Shown here: positions 18,240-26,564 of the stretch, piece by piece | How the letters are laid out: each line of letters begins with the position of its first letter | Numbering within the stretch: the first letter of the stretch is position 1 | Source: a virus | Reading direction: 5' to 3' (one strand) | DNA length: 64,000 nucleotides | IMG/VR virus record: IMGVR_UViG_3300020160_001428 | Span: 8,408 to 72,407 of that record | The notes under the pieces: model-generated | The model's input: only the letters and a program-made list of their open reading frames with translations | Told to the model about the DNA's origin: nothing | The model's database searches: none | Program-made: the position numbers and the translations under genes

Positions 18240-18956
18240 TTATGCTAGGCGATAGTACTCTGATACCCGTGTACACCAGCGTTCTGTCCAATAATCAAAA
18301 TCTGCAGATTCTAGAATAAACTCCTGATATTGCGGATCCGACCAAACTCCGGGTGTAATTTCTTCTGGCTTAACGCACATTAAAATAACACCTTTACGTA
18401 TGTTAGTTCCGTGTACTTCGTTATGAGCCATGGCATATGCAGTTAACTGAATAAAGTAGTCGTCAATAAACTCACGCTTTTTAGGCTTGTTAGTTTGTTT
18501 AAAGTCTAGAATACTTTGCTCACCTTTGTGTATGCCCACGCAGTCTGTAGTGCCTGCATACAGTTCCGGAAAATATAAAGGTACTTCACTGCCCCATACT
18601 TCGTCAACATGAATCATGCCTTCTGCAATAACCTTCTTGGCCATTACTAGGCTTTGTTGTGCATAGGGATTAGTTACTGTGTCTTTTAAAGTTTCACCTT
18701 TAATATAGTTTTCCAAGTAGGTGTGCATCCTAGTACCACGATTAGCCGCTTCAGTGGTAATCTGTTGCGCCTTAGCTTCACCTACAGCTTTACGCCAGTT
18801 TGCTAGTGCAATACGGCTTTCTGCTGGTTTTGTTTTGTCTAGGATTGTGGTTACTGACGGAACCTTGTGTCCATCGGGCGTTGCATATAAACGCTTGCCC
18901 GATGATTCATCTCTAGTCAGTTTGGTATAGGTATATCGTTCTTGTAATAATGTCAT
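18240..18956 (-). CDS. PD-(D/E)XK exonuclease (Cas4/RecB-like, phage type)
   Basis: PSVTTIL, RGTRMH, AGTTDC, DFKQ, QLTAY. Confidence 0.88.
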   Translation of the reverse strand: MTLLQERYTYTKLTRDESSGKRLYATPDGHKVPSVTTILDKTKPAESRIALANWRKAVGEAKAQQITTEAANRGTRMHTYLENYIKGETLKDTVTNPYAQQSLVMAKKVIAEGMIHVDEVWGSEVPLYFPELYAGTTDCVGIHKGEQSILDFKQTNKPKKREFIDDYFIQLTAYAMAHNEVHGTNIRKGVILMCVKPEEITPGVWSDPQYQEFILESADFDYWTERWCTRVSEYYRLA

Positions 18957-18961
18957 ATGCT

Positions 18962-18990
18962 ATAATAACATCTAGAACTAAGGGTGTCAA
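18962..18990 (-). promoter_or_regulatory. Sigma70-type promoter TTGACA-N17-TATTAT, leaderless
   Basis: 5 nt between -10 and ATG 18956, no SD. Confidence 0.7.
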
Positions 18991-19313
18991 CCCCTGGCTT
19001 TCCTCAAAGCGTGTTTTGCCATTTGACTTACACCCGAACCATCTAACTTAGCATCACTTGGTGCTGTGTCAGTTTTGGTTACTTTGGTTTTTAGTTCTAC
19101 ACCGTTTTGGTCAAAGCGTTGAGTAAGGCCTTGTGTAAGTGGATCGCTATCATAGGCCTGTTTGAATGAGTCATATGTAAACTCTTCATCGCCAACATTT
19201 TGCATGTAACGATTTACCTCATCCCAGGTAAGAACGGCAGGGCGACCTTTTTGATCTGCCCTGCCGATGAGTTGCTTTAATACTAGATTAAGTTGATTAA
19301 CTTCTTCTGTTAC
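18987..19313 (-). CDS. C-terminal extension probably reached by -1 frameshift from 19310..20200
   Basis: Frame open from the slippery A-run at 19313-19322 through ORF 18987..19205; no SD before ATG 19205. Confidence 0.65.
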   Translation of the reverse strand, partial: VTEEVNQLNLVLKQLIGRADQKGRPAVLTWDEVNRYMQNVGDEEFTYDSFKQAYDSDPLTQGLTQRFDQNGVELKTKVTKTDTAPSDAKLDGSGVSQMAKHALRKARG

Positions 19314-20200
19314 TTTTTTTTTGGTGCTAGTAAGGTTGCTAGTTTGCGACCATACTCTCGGCTTTCACGTGTCATACGACCAGCGGCTTCTTCACCACCT
19401 GCGGCTGTTGCATCTGCGGCAAACTCATCAGTTGGTTCGTCGCCCATTCCTTCGCCTGGCATAGCATCGTCTGGATTAGACATGTCTTCTTCGCCGCCGA
19501 CTTCCATGCCTGGTTCTGCACCCATCATGTCGCCACCGTTTTCACCTGTTAGTAAGCCTACGCTTTGTGTAAGTGCCTGGCGTGATGATTCTAGTGCTGT
19601 GTAGATTGTGGCCAGTGAAGGTTTCACCACTGACTCAAATTCCATGGCTAAATCAGATCCCATTTCGTCTCTTATAGAGTCTACTAGTTCTAACATTGCT
19701 TCGGCCTGCATATTTGCTGTGTCTTCCATCCAGCCTGTAATGCGGTCAACCATGTCGCGAGCGGCCATGATTAATTCGGCTTTTTCTTCTTCGCCTTCTG
19801 TGATTACATCTTCTTTTAAGCCTGCCATTTTGGCACGGATCTCTGCCTTCTCTTGTAGCTCTTGAGGAATATCTTCAAATGCGATTAGGCCTTCTTCTAC
19901 TTTGGCTAGTACTAATGATTCCATTTGTGTTAGCTGTGGAGCACTTGCTTCACGCTCTTCAATGGCTGTGTTTAGTACATCTAAGAACATTTTATTCTTA
20001 GTAAAGTTTTCGTTGTTGATAACTGCATCATAGTTAGATGCACTTTCAAACTGACTAACTTTTGTTCGTAGCTTGTTGCGGGCGTCGAGCATTTGCTCTA
20101 GCGTAAAGCTGTCTAAGTTTAGCTTCTGGCCAAACATCTGAGCCGCGCTTTCATTCAAAGCCTTTGCTGTAGGTTTTTGGTGAAATTCTGTAATTCGCAT
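19310..20200 (-). CDS. Acidic head-associated (core/scaffold-like) protein
   Basis: Glu-rich, helical; ITE/LNE motifs; ends CCA AAA AAA AAG TAA; late promoter 20232-20237. Confidence 0.7.
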   Translation of the reverse strand: MRITEFHQKPTAKALNESAAQMFGQKLNLDSFTLEQMLDARNKLRTKVSQFESASNYDAVINNENFTKNKMFLDVLNTAIEEREASAPQLTQMESLVLAKVEEGLIAFEDIPQELQEKAEIRAKMAGLKEDVITEGEEEKAELIMAARDMVDRITGWMEDTANMQAEAMLELVDSIRDEMGSDLAMEFESVVKPSLATIYTALESSRQALTQSVGLLTGENGGDMMGAEPGMEVGGEEDMSNPDDAMPGEGMGDEPTDEFAADATAAGGEEAAGRMTRESREYGRKLATLLAPKKK

Positions 20201-20234
20201 ATTAGTTCTTCCTAAATGGTATTGTTAAGTTTAT

Positions 20235-20660
20235 TTATCTCAGCGATGCATAGAAGATGCCGTCTATTCGGCTCTTGGCATCCTTGACTTGCTCTGTGAC
20301 TAGTTCCCAGCGCCAAAGTGCTGTGTCTTTAGTAACATAATCTTTGCTTACTTTCATGGTGTTTTTGTAAAATACTGAATCCATATAGTTTTTTTGAAAA
20401 CGTTTATCTTCTTTTTCAATGTCATCAATTCGGGTAGACCACTTCTTATCGTGCAGTTTTGCTATGGCAAATGCTGATACTTTTAAGTAGGTTGTTGCTA
20501 TTAGTATTTTACGGGGCATTTGGAATACATTCCACATGTCATCAGGACCTCTGACGATCATGTAGTTTTTATATTTGGTAGATCGGGCATTGATGGGAAC
20601 AAACATGCCACTTCTCACAGCCATGTCATATATCTGTGCTTCTAACTTTTCTGAGTCCAT
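20235..20660 (-). CDS. Hypothetical protein
   Basis: ORF in operon; start re-assigned to MDSEK. Confidence 0.65.
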   Translation of the reverse strand: MDSEKLEAQIYDMAVRSGMFVPINARSTKYKNYMIVRGPDDMWNVFQMPRKILIATTYLKVSAFAIAKLHDKKWSTRIDDIEKEDKRFQKNYMDSVFYKNTMKVSKDYVTKDTALWRWELVTEQVKDAKSRIDGIFYASLR

Positions 20661-20664
20661 TATT

Positions 20665-20868
20665 TTATGTGTTTGGGTAGATATAGGTTTCATTATTGTT
20701 GCCCTGTACTTTAATTACAAGACTTTTCCTGATTAGGCTCTCGATTATGAAACGCTCGTGTTCTTCAAATGTTTTCATAGACACTAACCCCTTGAGAGTT
20801 TCTAGGATAGCACGTTCTTCGCGGCTAGTCCAAGTATCAAGGCTTCTAACAAGTTCGTTTAGTTTCAT
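20665..20868 (-). CDS. Hypothetical protein (possible winged helix)
   Basis: 67 aa, TAATG coupling. Confidence 0.65.
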   Translation of the reverse strand: MKLNELVRSLDTWTSREERAILETLKGLVSMKTFEEHERFIIESLIRKSLVIKVQGNNNETYIYPNT

Positions 20869-21212
20869 TATAGTTGTGTTAGTTGTCTGCGTAGATCAGT
20901 TAACTGTTTAGTTACAGCGGTAATCTGATCTTGAATAGCTTTACGCTGTTCTAGGCGTTGCTTTTGTTGTTGTGCCATCATAGCACTTTGTATTTTTGGG
21001 TCATTAGATGTTGCTGGCATAGCCGCTGCCATACCCGCGGCAGTTTGTAAAGCGCCTGTTCCTGCTTTACCTATTGCGCCGCCTACAGCTTGAGCACCTT
21101 TTGCCAGTGCGCCGCCTACCGCAGAGCCTACTCTTGCCGCTCCGGCGGCAACTGCTGGCAGAAACTCATTTAGTTGTTTATCATCTTCGTTTACTATGTC
21201 TTGTAATCTCAT
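20868..21212 (-). CDS. Ala/Gly/Gln-rich protein, possible internal virion protein
   Basis: MRLQDIVNE..QLNEF followed by an Ala/Gly-rich helix. Confidence 0.65.
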   Translation of the reverse strand: MRLQDIVNEDDKQLNEFLPAVAAGAARVGSAVGGALAKGAQAVGGAIGKAGTGALQTAAGMAAAMPATSNDPKIQSAMMAQQQKQRLEQRKAIQDQITAVTKQLTDLRRQLTQL

Positions 21213-21931
21213 TGTCTGCCCTCAATACTTAAATCTTTATCTACGATGTTATTCATATGATCCTGTAGTCTTTCAATCCATTTTTTGTTACGTAGCATTT
21301 TGTATACTAGATTCTCTGTGCTAAACTCACTTGCGGCACTTTCTAATCCTGACTTACGCATACGTTTGATGTCATCCCACATGTGTTTAGCAATGTCATG
21401 ATCATCTTGTTTTAAGACTAACTTTACTCTATCTCTGTAGTTAGTGTATTTACGCTGTACGTCTTCACTGTCTACGTCTATATCGGTTCGTTCTGCTTGT
21501 GATACCCACTCGTCATTTAATACACTATAGATTCCTACGCTGTGATGATCTTGTCCCACATCTTGTGCATATAGTTCTACAGGTATATCCCTAACTGTAA
21601 TGTCATGTCGAGCATTGTAGTCATTCTTCTTGGCATCGAGCAACTGCTTGTATTCTTCAGTATCAGGCACTTGCACTATAATGTGTAGATCTATATCACT
21701 GTGACTTGTATAGCTATAAGCCGCATTACTACCACTGATAGTAATGTCAACTACATCTAGTTCAACGCCAATGAACTCTTCAAAGTGTTTGGCTATCTTA
21801 AGTAGGCCTTGTCTAATCTCTGGAATCAGTTGTTGGTTGGCAAATAGTTTGGGATTTAGTTCGTCGTGAAACTGCACAGCATGGTCAATGCTGAACTCGC
21901 GTACAATATCAGTAAACTCTTTTATAAGCAT
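21209..21931 (-). CDS. Nucleotidyltransferase (Pol-beta superfamily)
   Basis: GSNAAYSYTSHSDIDLHII, PVELY. Confidence 0.75.
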   Translation of the reverse strand: MLIKEFTDIVREFSIDHAVQFHDELNPKLFANQQLIPEIRQGLLKIAKHFEEFIGVELDVVDITISGSNAAYSYTSHSDIDLHIIVQVPDTEEYKQLLDAKKNDYNARHDITVRDIPVELYAQDVGQDHHSVGIYSVLNDEWVSQAERTDIDVDSEDVQRKYTNYRDRVKLVLKQDDHDIAKHMWDDIKRMRKSGLESAASEFSTENLVYKMLRNKKWIERLQDHMNNIVDKDLSIEGRQ

Positions 21932-21966
21932 ACTGTATTTAGCGTGTTAAAAGGCCTGCGGAGTTT

Positions 21967-22395
21967 TTAAAGTCCTAGGAACTTTAGGACGTGTGGAAAA
22001 CTAGTTGCGTTTAACCATCCAGTACCTGCGGCAAATGCCAGTGCTACCATAGCATACATTGTGTATTTGTTTTTGAGCTTTTCTATTTCGCCAATACGTC
22101 CTGCAAGTTTGCTGTGTGCTTCTTGATCTTCTGCGTGTAGCTTATCTGCATGTTCAAAATACTTGCCGCTGTTGGCACGATATTCTTCCTGCATTTTTTC
22201 TAGTTTGTCTGCTAGTAGGTCGCGTGTGTTGTCTAGACAGTCGTGCATTTCCTTAACATCTGCTTTAAGGTCGCTGATCTGTTCTTTGATCGATTCTACT
22301 TTAGTTTCAACTATGCCTACTCGCTCGGGTAATGCTGATAGTTGAGATACTGCTTCTGTATCTACTCGCGGTTTTTTTGCTGTTGCTGTGGCCAT
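21967..22395 (-). CDS. Coiled-coil protein with C-terminal TM helix
   Basis: Heptad pattern, C-terminal YAMVALAFAAGTGWL. Confidence 0.7.
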   Translation of the reverse strand: MATATAKKPRVDTEAVSQLSALPERVGIVETKVESIKEQISDLKADVKEMHDCLDNTRDLLADKLEKMQEEYRANSGKYFEHADKLHAEDQEAHSKLAGRIGEIEKLKNKYTMYAMVALAFAAGTGWLNATSFPHVLKFLGL

Positions 22396-22492
22396 CTTAG
22401 GCTCGTCTCCAATAAGTTAAGTTCGCTCAGAACTGTGTATATTACTGTGGCCTAGTGATGTGTGATTGATAGTTGCCTATGCTAGTATTTAG

Positions 22493-22909
22493 TCATTCCA
22501 AGTAAACTATGGTGTTTCGGTATTGACCGGCTTGTGTGTCAAACATAGAGATAGCCAGTTCTGCAGTTTCTGTTAGGCCCACTATCATAGGTACAAAATG
22601 TAAGTCTTCAACTAGCAGGCCTTCTTCACGGCCTAATGCATCTGTAAAGCCGCCGTCGTATTCTATTTCAAAGTTGAAAGTCCATACTCTGTGAGTATTC
22701 TTATAGGCATGGCCAAACTGATAGTCTTTTAGATTAACTTCATCTACTTGTGGACTAAGTCTATATAACGGATTGACACGTAGTCCTATTACCTGCAATA
22801 ACATTTGAAAGTTTTGTTGCTGTTGCCACTCAAGCTCGCGTCCAGGTTCTTTTCTGTATTGTTTGGTTTCAGTGACGTCAAGTAATGTTAGTATAGAGAA
22901 TCTTTGCAT
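22493..22909 (-). CDS. Hypothetical protein
   Basis: 138 aa; TAAATA at 22915-22920. Confidence 0.7.
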   Translation of the reverse strand: MQRFSILTLLDVTETKQYRKEPGRELEWQQQQNFQMLLQVIGLRVNPLYRLSPQVDEVNLKDYQFGHAYKNTHRVWTFNFEIEYDGGFTDALGREEGLLVEDLHFVPMIVGLTETAELAISMFDTQAGQYRNTIVYLE

Positions 22910-22928
22910 GACAGTATTTAACAGTCGT

Positions 22929-22955
22929 AAAAAAGCCCACTATAAAAGTGGGCTT
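22929..22955 (-). terminator. Rho-independent terminator
   Basis: AAGCCCAC-loop-GTGGGCTT followed by a U run on the minus strand. Confidence 0.8.
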
Positions 22956-22981
22956 AGTCTTCCCATCCCAGGGTAAGTCGA

Positions 22982-23332
22982 TTATAGAGCTGGTGCAAAT
23001 ACTGCAATGATATCGATAGTTGGTGTACCTGTTAGGGCTTCAACTGTACCATCTGTAAAGTCACCTGTGCCTTGCAAGCGTAGGAATACAACGTCTGTAG
23101 TTCCGCTAACAAAAGCTGAACCGTCTGCTGTACCAAAACCTGCTACTGTAAAAGCAGAGTCACCAGTACCGCCAGCACCGTGTGCTGTAGTAAAATAATC
23201 AACATAAGCATTAAGCTCTGTGTGAGTCATGTTTGTCTTGCTGATTTTAACGATAAGTGTACGACCTGCGTCACTTGTTGCATTGCTAAACTTTTTCCAG
23301 TTTACAATGTTTGCTGAGTCCATTTGTGCCAT
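22982..23332 (-). CDS. Small virion structural protein (putative)
   Basis: Gly/Thr/Ala-rich, GAGGAGA RBS, late promoter 23388-23393, own terminator. Confidence 0.7.
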   Translation of the reverse strand: MAQMDSANIVNWKKFSNATSDAGRTLIVKISKTNMTHTELNAYVDYFTTAHGAGGTGDSAFTVAGFGTADGSAFVSGTTDVVFLRLQGTGDFTDGTVEALTGTPTIDIIAVFAPAL

Positions 23333-23407
23333 AATATTATCTCCTCGTTTATGGTTTTTAGACCACCCTCTGTGGTCCTTGTAATATTATTTAGCCAAAG
23401 ACTAAAA

Positions 23408-23677
23408 TTATTCTTCTAATGGGGGAGTTTTACGGCTTTCTTGTATTTTGAGTACGCCACGCTTAAACTTACGTGCATCTGCTGTACGGATAGCATTTAG
23501 GAAACGGCGCTCTAGTTCGGCGCTTTCTTCTTCGTTAAACTGCTGTTTAATCAAAGCCATAAGATTGATTGCGCTCTCTATGATATTGGCACCACGGTTT
23601 TCTATCAATAGCTCAGTGTTACGGCTATTGCCTAAACTATTGAGTTCCTCTAAGATAGAGCGTGTTCTTCTTTTCAT
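23408..23677 (-). CDS. Conserved hypothetical protein
   Basis: MKRRTRSILEEL...ELERRFLNAIR; start re-assigned. Confidence 0.7.
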   Translation of the reverse strand: MKRRTRSILEELNSLGNSRNTELLIENRGANIIESAINLMALIKQQFNEEESAELERRFLNAIRTADARKFKRGVLKIQESRKTPPLEE

Positions 23678-23713
23678 ATTAGTGTTTCCTGTAGTATTAT
23701 TTACCCTAAGTGT

Positions 23714-23742
23714 ATTATACAACATAGTTTGGTTAAAGTCAA
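23714..23742 (-). promoter_or_regulatory. Sigma70-type promoter TTGACT-N17-TATAAT
   Basis: Near-consensus; divergent partner at 23748. Confidence 0.75.
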
Positions 23743-23747
23743 ATCTG

Positions 23748-23776
23748 TTGACTTTTTGTGCGGTCGCACATATACT
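23748..23776 (+). promoter_or_regulatory. Sigma70-type promoter TTGACT-N17-TATACT
   Basis: Near-consensus; TAAATA at 23781-23786 follows. Confidence 0.75.
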
Positions 23777-23833
23777 AGACTAAATACATCAGTAGAAACC
23801 ATGAGTCTCTACACACACTTACAGAGGACTAAA

Positions 23834-24010
23834 ATGAAATATCTATCAGAAAAGATGCAGACTATCCTAGAACGTTTAAGCGAAATGTTCCCAGGATCTA
23901 GCTATCAATCAAGTCTAGATCACTATCTAGCAGACAAAGGCATTACCGATGCCGCACAGTTGGAAAACTACATCCGACAATTCAATTCTCAAAAGGAATC
24001 TTATCTATGA
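23834..24010 (+). CDS. Small protein (DUF3563-like)
   Basis: GAGGA RBS; LDHYLADKGITDAAQLENYIRQF. Confidence 0.6.
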   Translation: MKYLSEKMQTILERLSEMFPGSSYQSSLDHYLADKGITDAAQLENYIRQFNSQKESYL

Positions 24011-24129
24011 AAAACTTTTTAAACGCACTTTACGAAATCAGTATAAGCATTGGTCAAGCTCGTGCCGCGGCCGCATTGGCTCGCTCAGGCATGTACAACG
24101 AAGCCAAAGCGTTAATGCTATCTAAGTAA
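24007..24129 (+). CDS. Small 40 aa protein (not in ORF track)
   Basis: ATGA overlap; MKNFLNALYEISISIGQARAAAALARSGMYNEAKALMLSK. Confidence 0.6.
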   Translation: MKNFLNALYEISISIGQARAAAALARSGMYNEAKALMLSK

Positions 24130-24177
24130 ATATTGCGCCGCAAGGTGTAATAAATAACACACACAGAAGGAGTAGCA

Positions 24178-24594
24178 ATGACTACAAAGTTTTCACACGT
24201 CAAAGGATCTGAAGTAGAGTTTAAGGGTGGCGGACTTCGCGACTTTTTTCTATACAAGGATCTCGGAGTAGCAGATGCAACTAACGGGCGTGTCCTAGCA
24301 CACATTACCAAAGCCAATTTACCCCCAGAGAATTCGGGAGGCACAGGCTGGCATATTCACGTGGCAGAGTTCCAAATCGTTTACATGCTAAAGGGTTGGG
24401 CCAAGTTCATGTACGAAGATAAAATACACCTAGTCGAAGCAGGCGATTGCGTACAGCAACGTCCTGGCATTGTACACTATTTGTACGACTACAGCCCGGA
24501 CATGGAGTATTTGGAAATCATAACTCCAGCAGACTACGGAACAGTGCCGGCTGAAGGTCCTTGCGATATACCCAATCCCACACCTTGGGAGTAA
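24178..24594 (+). CDS. Cupin domain protein
   Basis: GWHIHVAEFQIVYMLKGW, PGIVH; AAGGAG RBS. Confidence 0.88.
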   Translation: MTTKFSHVKGSEVEFKGGGLRDFFLYKDLGVADATNGRVLAHITKANLPPENSGGTGWHIHVAEFQIVYMLKGWAKFMYEDKIHLVEAGDCVQQRPGIVHYLYDYSPDMEYLEIITPADYGTVPAEGPCDIPNPTPWE

Positions 24595-24597
24595 GCT

Positions 24598-25173
24598 ATG
24601 ACCCTAGTTTACATACATGGCGCCAGTGCCACTAGCGAAAGCTTCAACTATGTTAGAAGTAAGTTGGGCAAGGGTGTTGACATCAACTACGACAGTCGAA
24701 ATGGTTTTGAAAACAACCTAAAAGACATGCAGTCAACTTTGAGTAACTACACTGACATAGTGTTCATTGCCCATAGCTTGGGCGGCATCTACAGTTTACA
24801 CTTAGCCAATACAATGCCCATGAGTGTAAAGGGTGCTGTAACCCTAAGCACTCCATATGGTGGTGCTGAAGTAGCAGACTATGCTCAATACTTCTTGCCA
24901 TTCAGCAGACTGATGCGTGACATCGGTCCTAGTTCGTGGGTTATGAAGCAGGCAAGAAATATCAAAATACAGCATCCTTGGACTAACATTGTTACTGTAA
25001 AGGGACAAAGTGCGTTTATGCATGAGCCTAACGATGGTGTAGTTACTATCGCTAGTCAAAAGCATCACGAGGATATGGAACTAGTAGAAGTGGACTATAA
25101 TCACTATGAGGTTGTTCTAGCTGAGCCAGTGATTAAAATCATTAAAGAACGAGTAAAAAAGTTCGGAAAGTAG
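24598..25173 (+). CDS. Alpha/beta hydrolase
   Basis: IHG, AHSLGG nucleophile, STPYGG, NDGVV, NH. Confidence 0.88.
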   Translation: MTLVYIHGASATSESFNYVRSKLGKGVDINYDSRNGFENNLKDMQSTLSNYTDIVFIAHSLGGIYSLHLANTMPMSVKGAVTLSTPYGGAEVADYAQYFLPFSRLMRDIGPSSWVMKQARNIKIQHPWTNIVTVKGQSAFMHEPNDGVVTIASQKHHEDMELVEVDYNHYEVVLAEPVIKIIKERVKKFGK

Positions 25174-25202
25174 TTGCTTTTATTCGTAAAAGCATATATA
25201 AT
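25174..25202 (+). promoter_or_regulatory. Sigma70-type promoter TTGCTT-N17-TATAAT
   Basis: 17 nt spacer, upstream of 25263. Confidence 0.65.
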
Positions 25203-25262
25203 AGTAACATAGAGAAAAAGAAGTATCTATGTTAATACAGACATTACACACAGGAGATTATT

Positions 25263-25529
25263 ATGTCATTCGAAACACCAAAACTACCAGAAGTTAAATT
25301 CAACAAAAACGGATACGAAATCCGTGCAGACATCCTAGCATTAGCTAAAGATGCTGTCCAAGCAGAGTACAGCTACAAGTTCCAAGGTTGGGAAATGTCA
25401 ACTGCCAAAGATGAAAAGACTGGCAAGTTGATTACTACAGTAGGTATGCCAGAGTTTCCAGGAATCGATAAGGTTCTAGAAGCGGCTGAGAAAATGTACG
25501 GCTTTGTTAATCAAAGCACAAAGAAATAA
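25263..25529 (+). CDS. Conserved phage hypothetical protein
   Basis: AGGAGA RBS; KNGYEIRADIL...VLEAAEKMYGFV. Confidence 0.75.
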   Translation: MSFETPKLPEVKFNKNGYEIRADILALAKDAVQAEYSYKFQGWEMSTAKDEKTGKLITTVGMPEFPGIDKVLEAAEKMYGFVNQSTKK

Positions 25530-25564
25530 TATAAAATAATAATACGGGCATAGCCTATACTATA

Positions 25565-25595
25565 AAAGAAAAGCACCTTCGGGTGCTTTTTCTTT
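25565..25595 (+). terminator. Rho-independent terminator (bidirectional shape)
   Basis: AAAAGCACC-TTCG-GGTGCTTTT. Confidence 0.85.
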
Positions 25596-25674
25596 GGCCC
25601 TATGTAAACTTATTTGCGGGCTAAGGCGTTGTATATATAGCAGATGAATTTCTGCCTTAACCTAAGGAAATATT

Positions 25675-25887
25675 ATGAAAGCACTTATCGCAACTATCGT
25701 ATCAGCATTTGCATTGACAGCATTTGCCGCAGAGCCAGCCAAGGCCCCTGCAACTCCAGCACCTGCCGCATCAGCGCCAGCTAAGGCAGAAGTTAAGAAG
25801 GACGAAAAGAAGCCTGCAAAAAGCGAACCTGCTAAGAAAGAGCCAGCTAAAACAGACGCCAAAGCCGCTACACCAGCCGCTAAGTAA
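25675..25887 (+). CDS. Secreted Ala/Pro/Lys-rich small protein
   Basis: Signal peptide ending AFA; low-complexity EPAKK repeats; AAGGA RBS. Confidence 0.75.
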   Translation: MKALIATIVSAFALTAFAAEPAKAPATPAPAASAPAKAEVKKDEKKPAKSEPAKKEPAKTDAKAATPAAK

Positions 25888-26062
25888 ACTCGACCTAGAA
25901 GACAGTGATCTCATTGTTGATGATGAGATCACATTTGGTCGTAATCTAAAGGCTCGCGATTTTGGTAGGGTTATCGAAGATGACTTATCAGACTATGTAA
26001 AGTTTAGATTATGGCTAGCTAGACAACTAGCTATGAGAGCATATGATAAAGCCCACGCATAA
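25888..26062 (+). CDS. Possible small protein, start uncertain
   Basis: Open frame ...DDEITFGRN...LSDYVKFRLWLARQLAM fills the gap to the terminator; no ATG/GTG/TTG start near its 5' end. Confidence 0.4.
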
Positions 26063-26077
26063 GTGGGCTTTTTCTTT
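26048..26077 (+). terminator. Rho-independent terminator between convergent genes
   Basis: AAAGCCCAC-GCATAA-GTGGGCTTT-TTCTTT. Confidence 0.8.
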
Positions 26078-26096
26078 GAACAACGTCTTTGTAAAA

Positions 26097-26537
26097 TTAG
26101 TTACACCAACTTTGTTTAGCGTCACCGTAGTATTCACGAGCCAAGCCGTTAGTAATAAGTCCTTGACGAATGCTTTGTCCGTTTACCAGGATATCTCCCA
26201 ATATACGGCCACCAAACTTATCCCATCCGTAGATAATAACTTGATGCTTTGGGTGGGATTGTAAGGCTTGAGTTGTAAATTTACTCGCCAGTTGCGCCCG
26301 CTGGTCTTCTTGTGGACATTGAGCTCTGTGTCCTTTTTCCGGTGTGTCGACTCCGTAGATTCTAACAGCAAGTTCGGGCTTGAGCGGTAGTGGTAGAAAG
26401 GGGGCGGCGATTACAATAGTATCGCCATCACTCACTCTAATAACTTGTGCATCGTATGTTGCTGATTTTGCAGGCATCTTGCCTTGTGCAAATGTCAGTA
26501 CTGGTACTGCTAATAATAGTAATAAAAACTTCTTCAT
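26097..26537 (-). CDS. Thermonuclease (SNase-like) with signal peptide
   Basis: DGDT, VRIYGVDTPE, DKFGGRILG. Confidence 0.9.
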   Translation of the reverse strand: MKKFLLLLLAVPVLTFAQGKMPAKSATYDAQVIRVSDGDTIVIAAPFLPLPLKPELAVRIYGVDTPEKGHRAQCPQEDQRAQLASKFTTQALQSHPKHQVIIYGWDKFGGRILGDILVNGQSIRQGLITNGLAREYYGDAKQSWCN

Positions 26538-26564
26538 TTGGTATCCTTAATCTAAGTACTTTAT

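Noticed and set aside
18240-18956. Cas4 as a sign of a CRISPR system
   Set aside because: Lacks the Cas4 Fe-S cysteine set; a common stand-alone phage PD-(D/E)XK nuclease; no array nearby
22396-22492. Intergenic gap as a possible tRNA or ncRNA
   Set aside because: No cloverleaf or convincing stems found; consistent with a late-promoter leader
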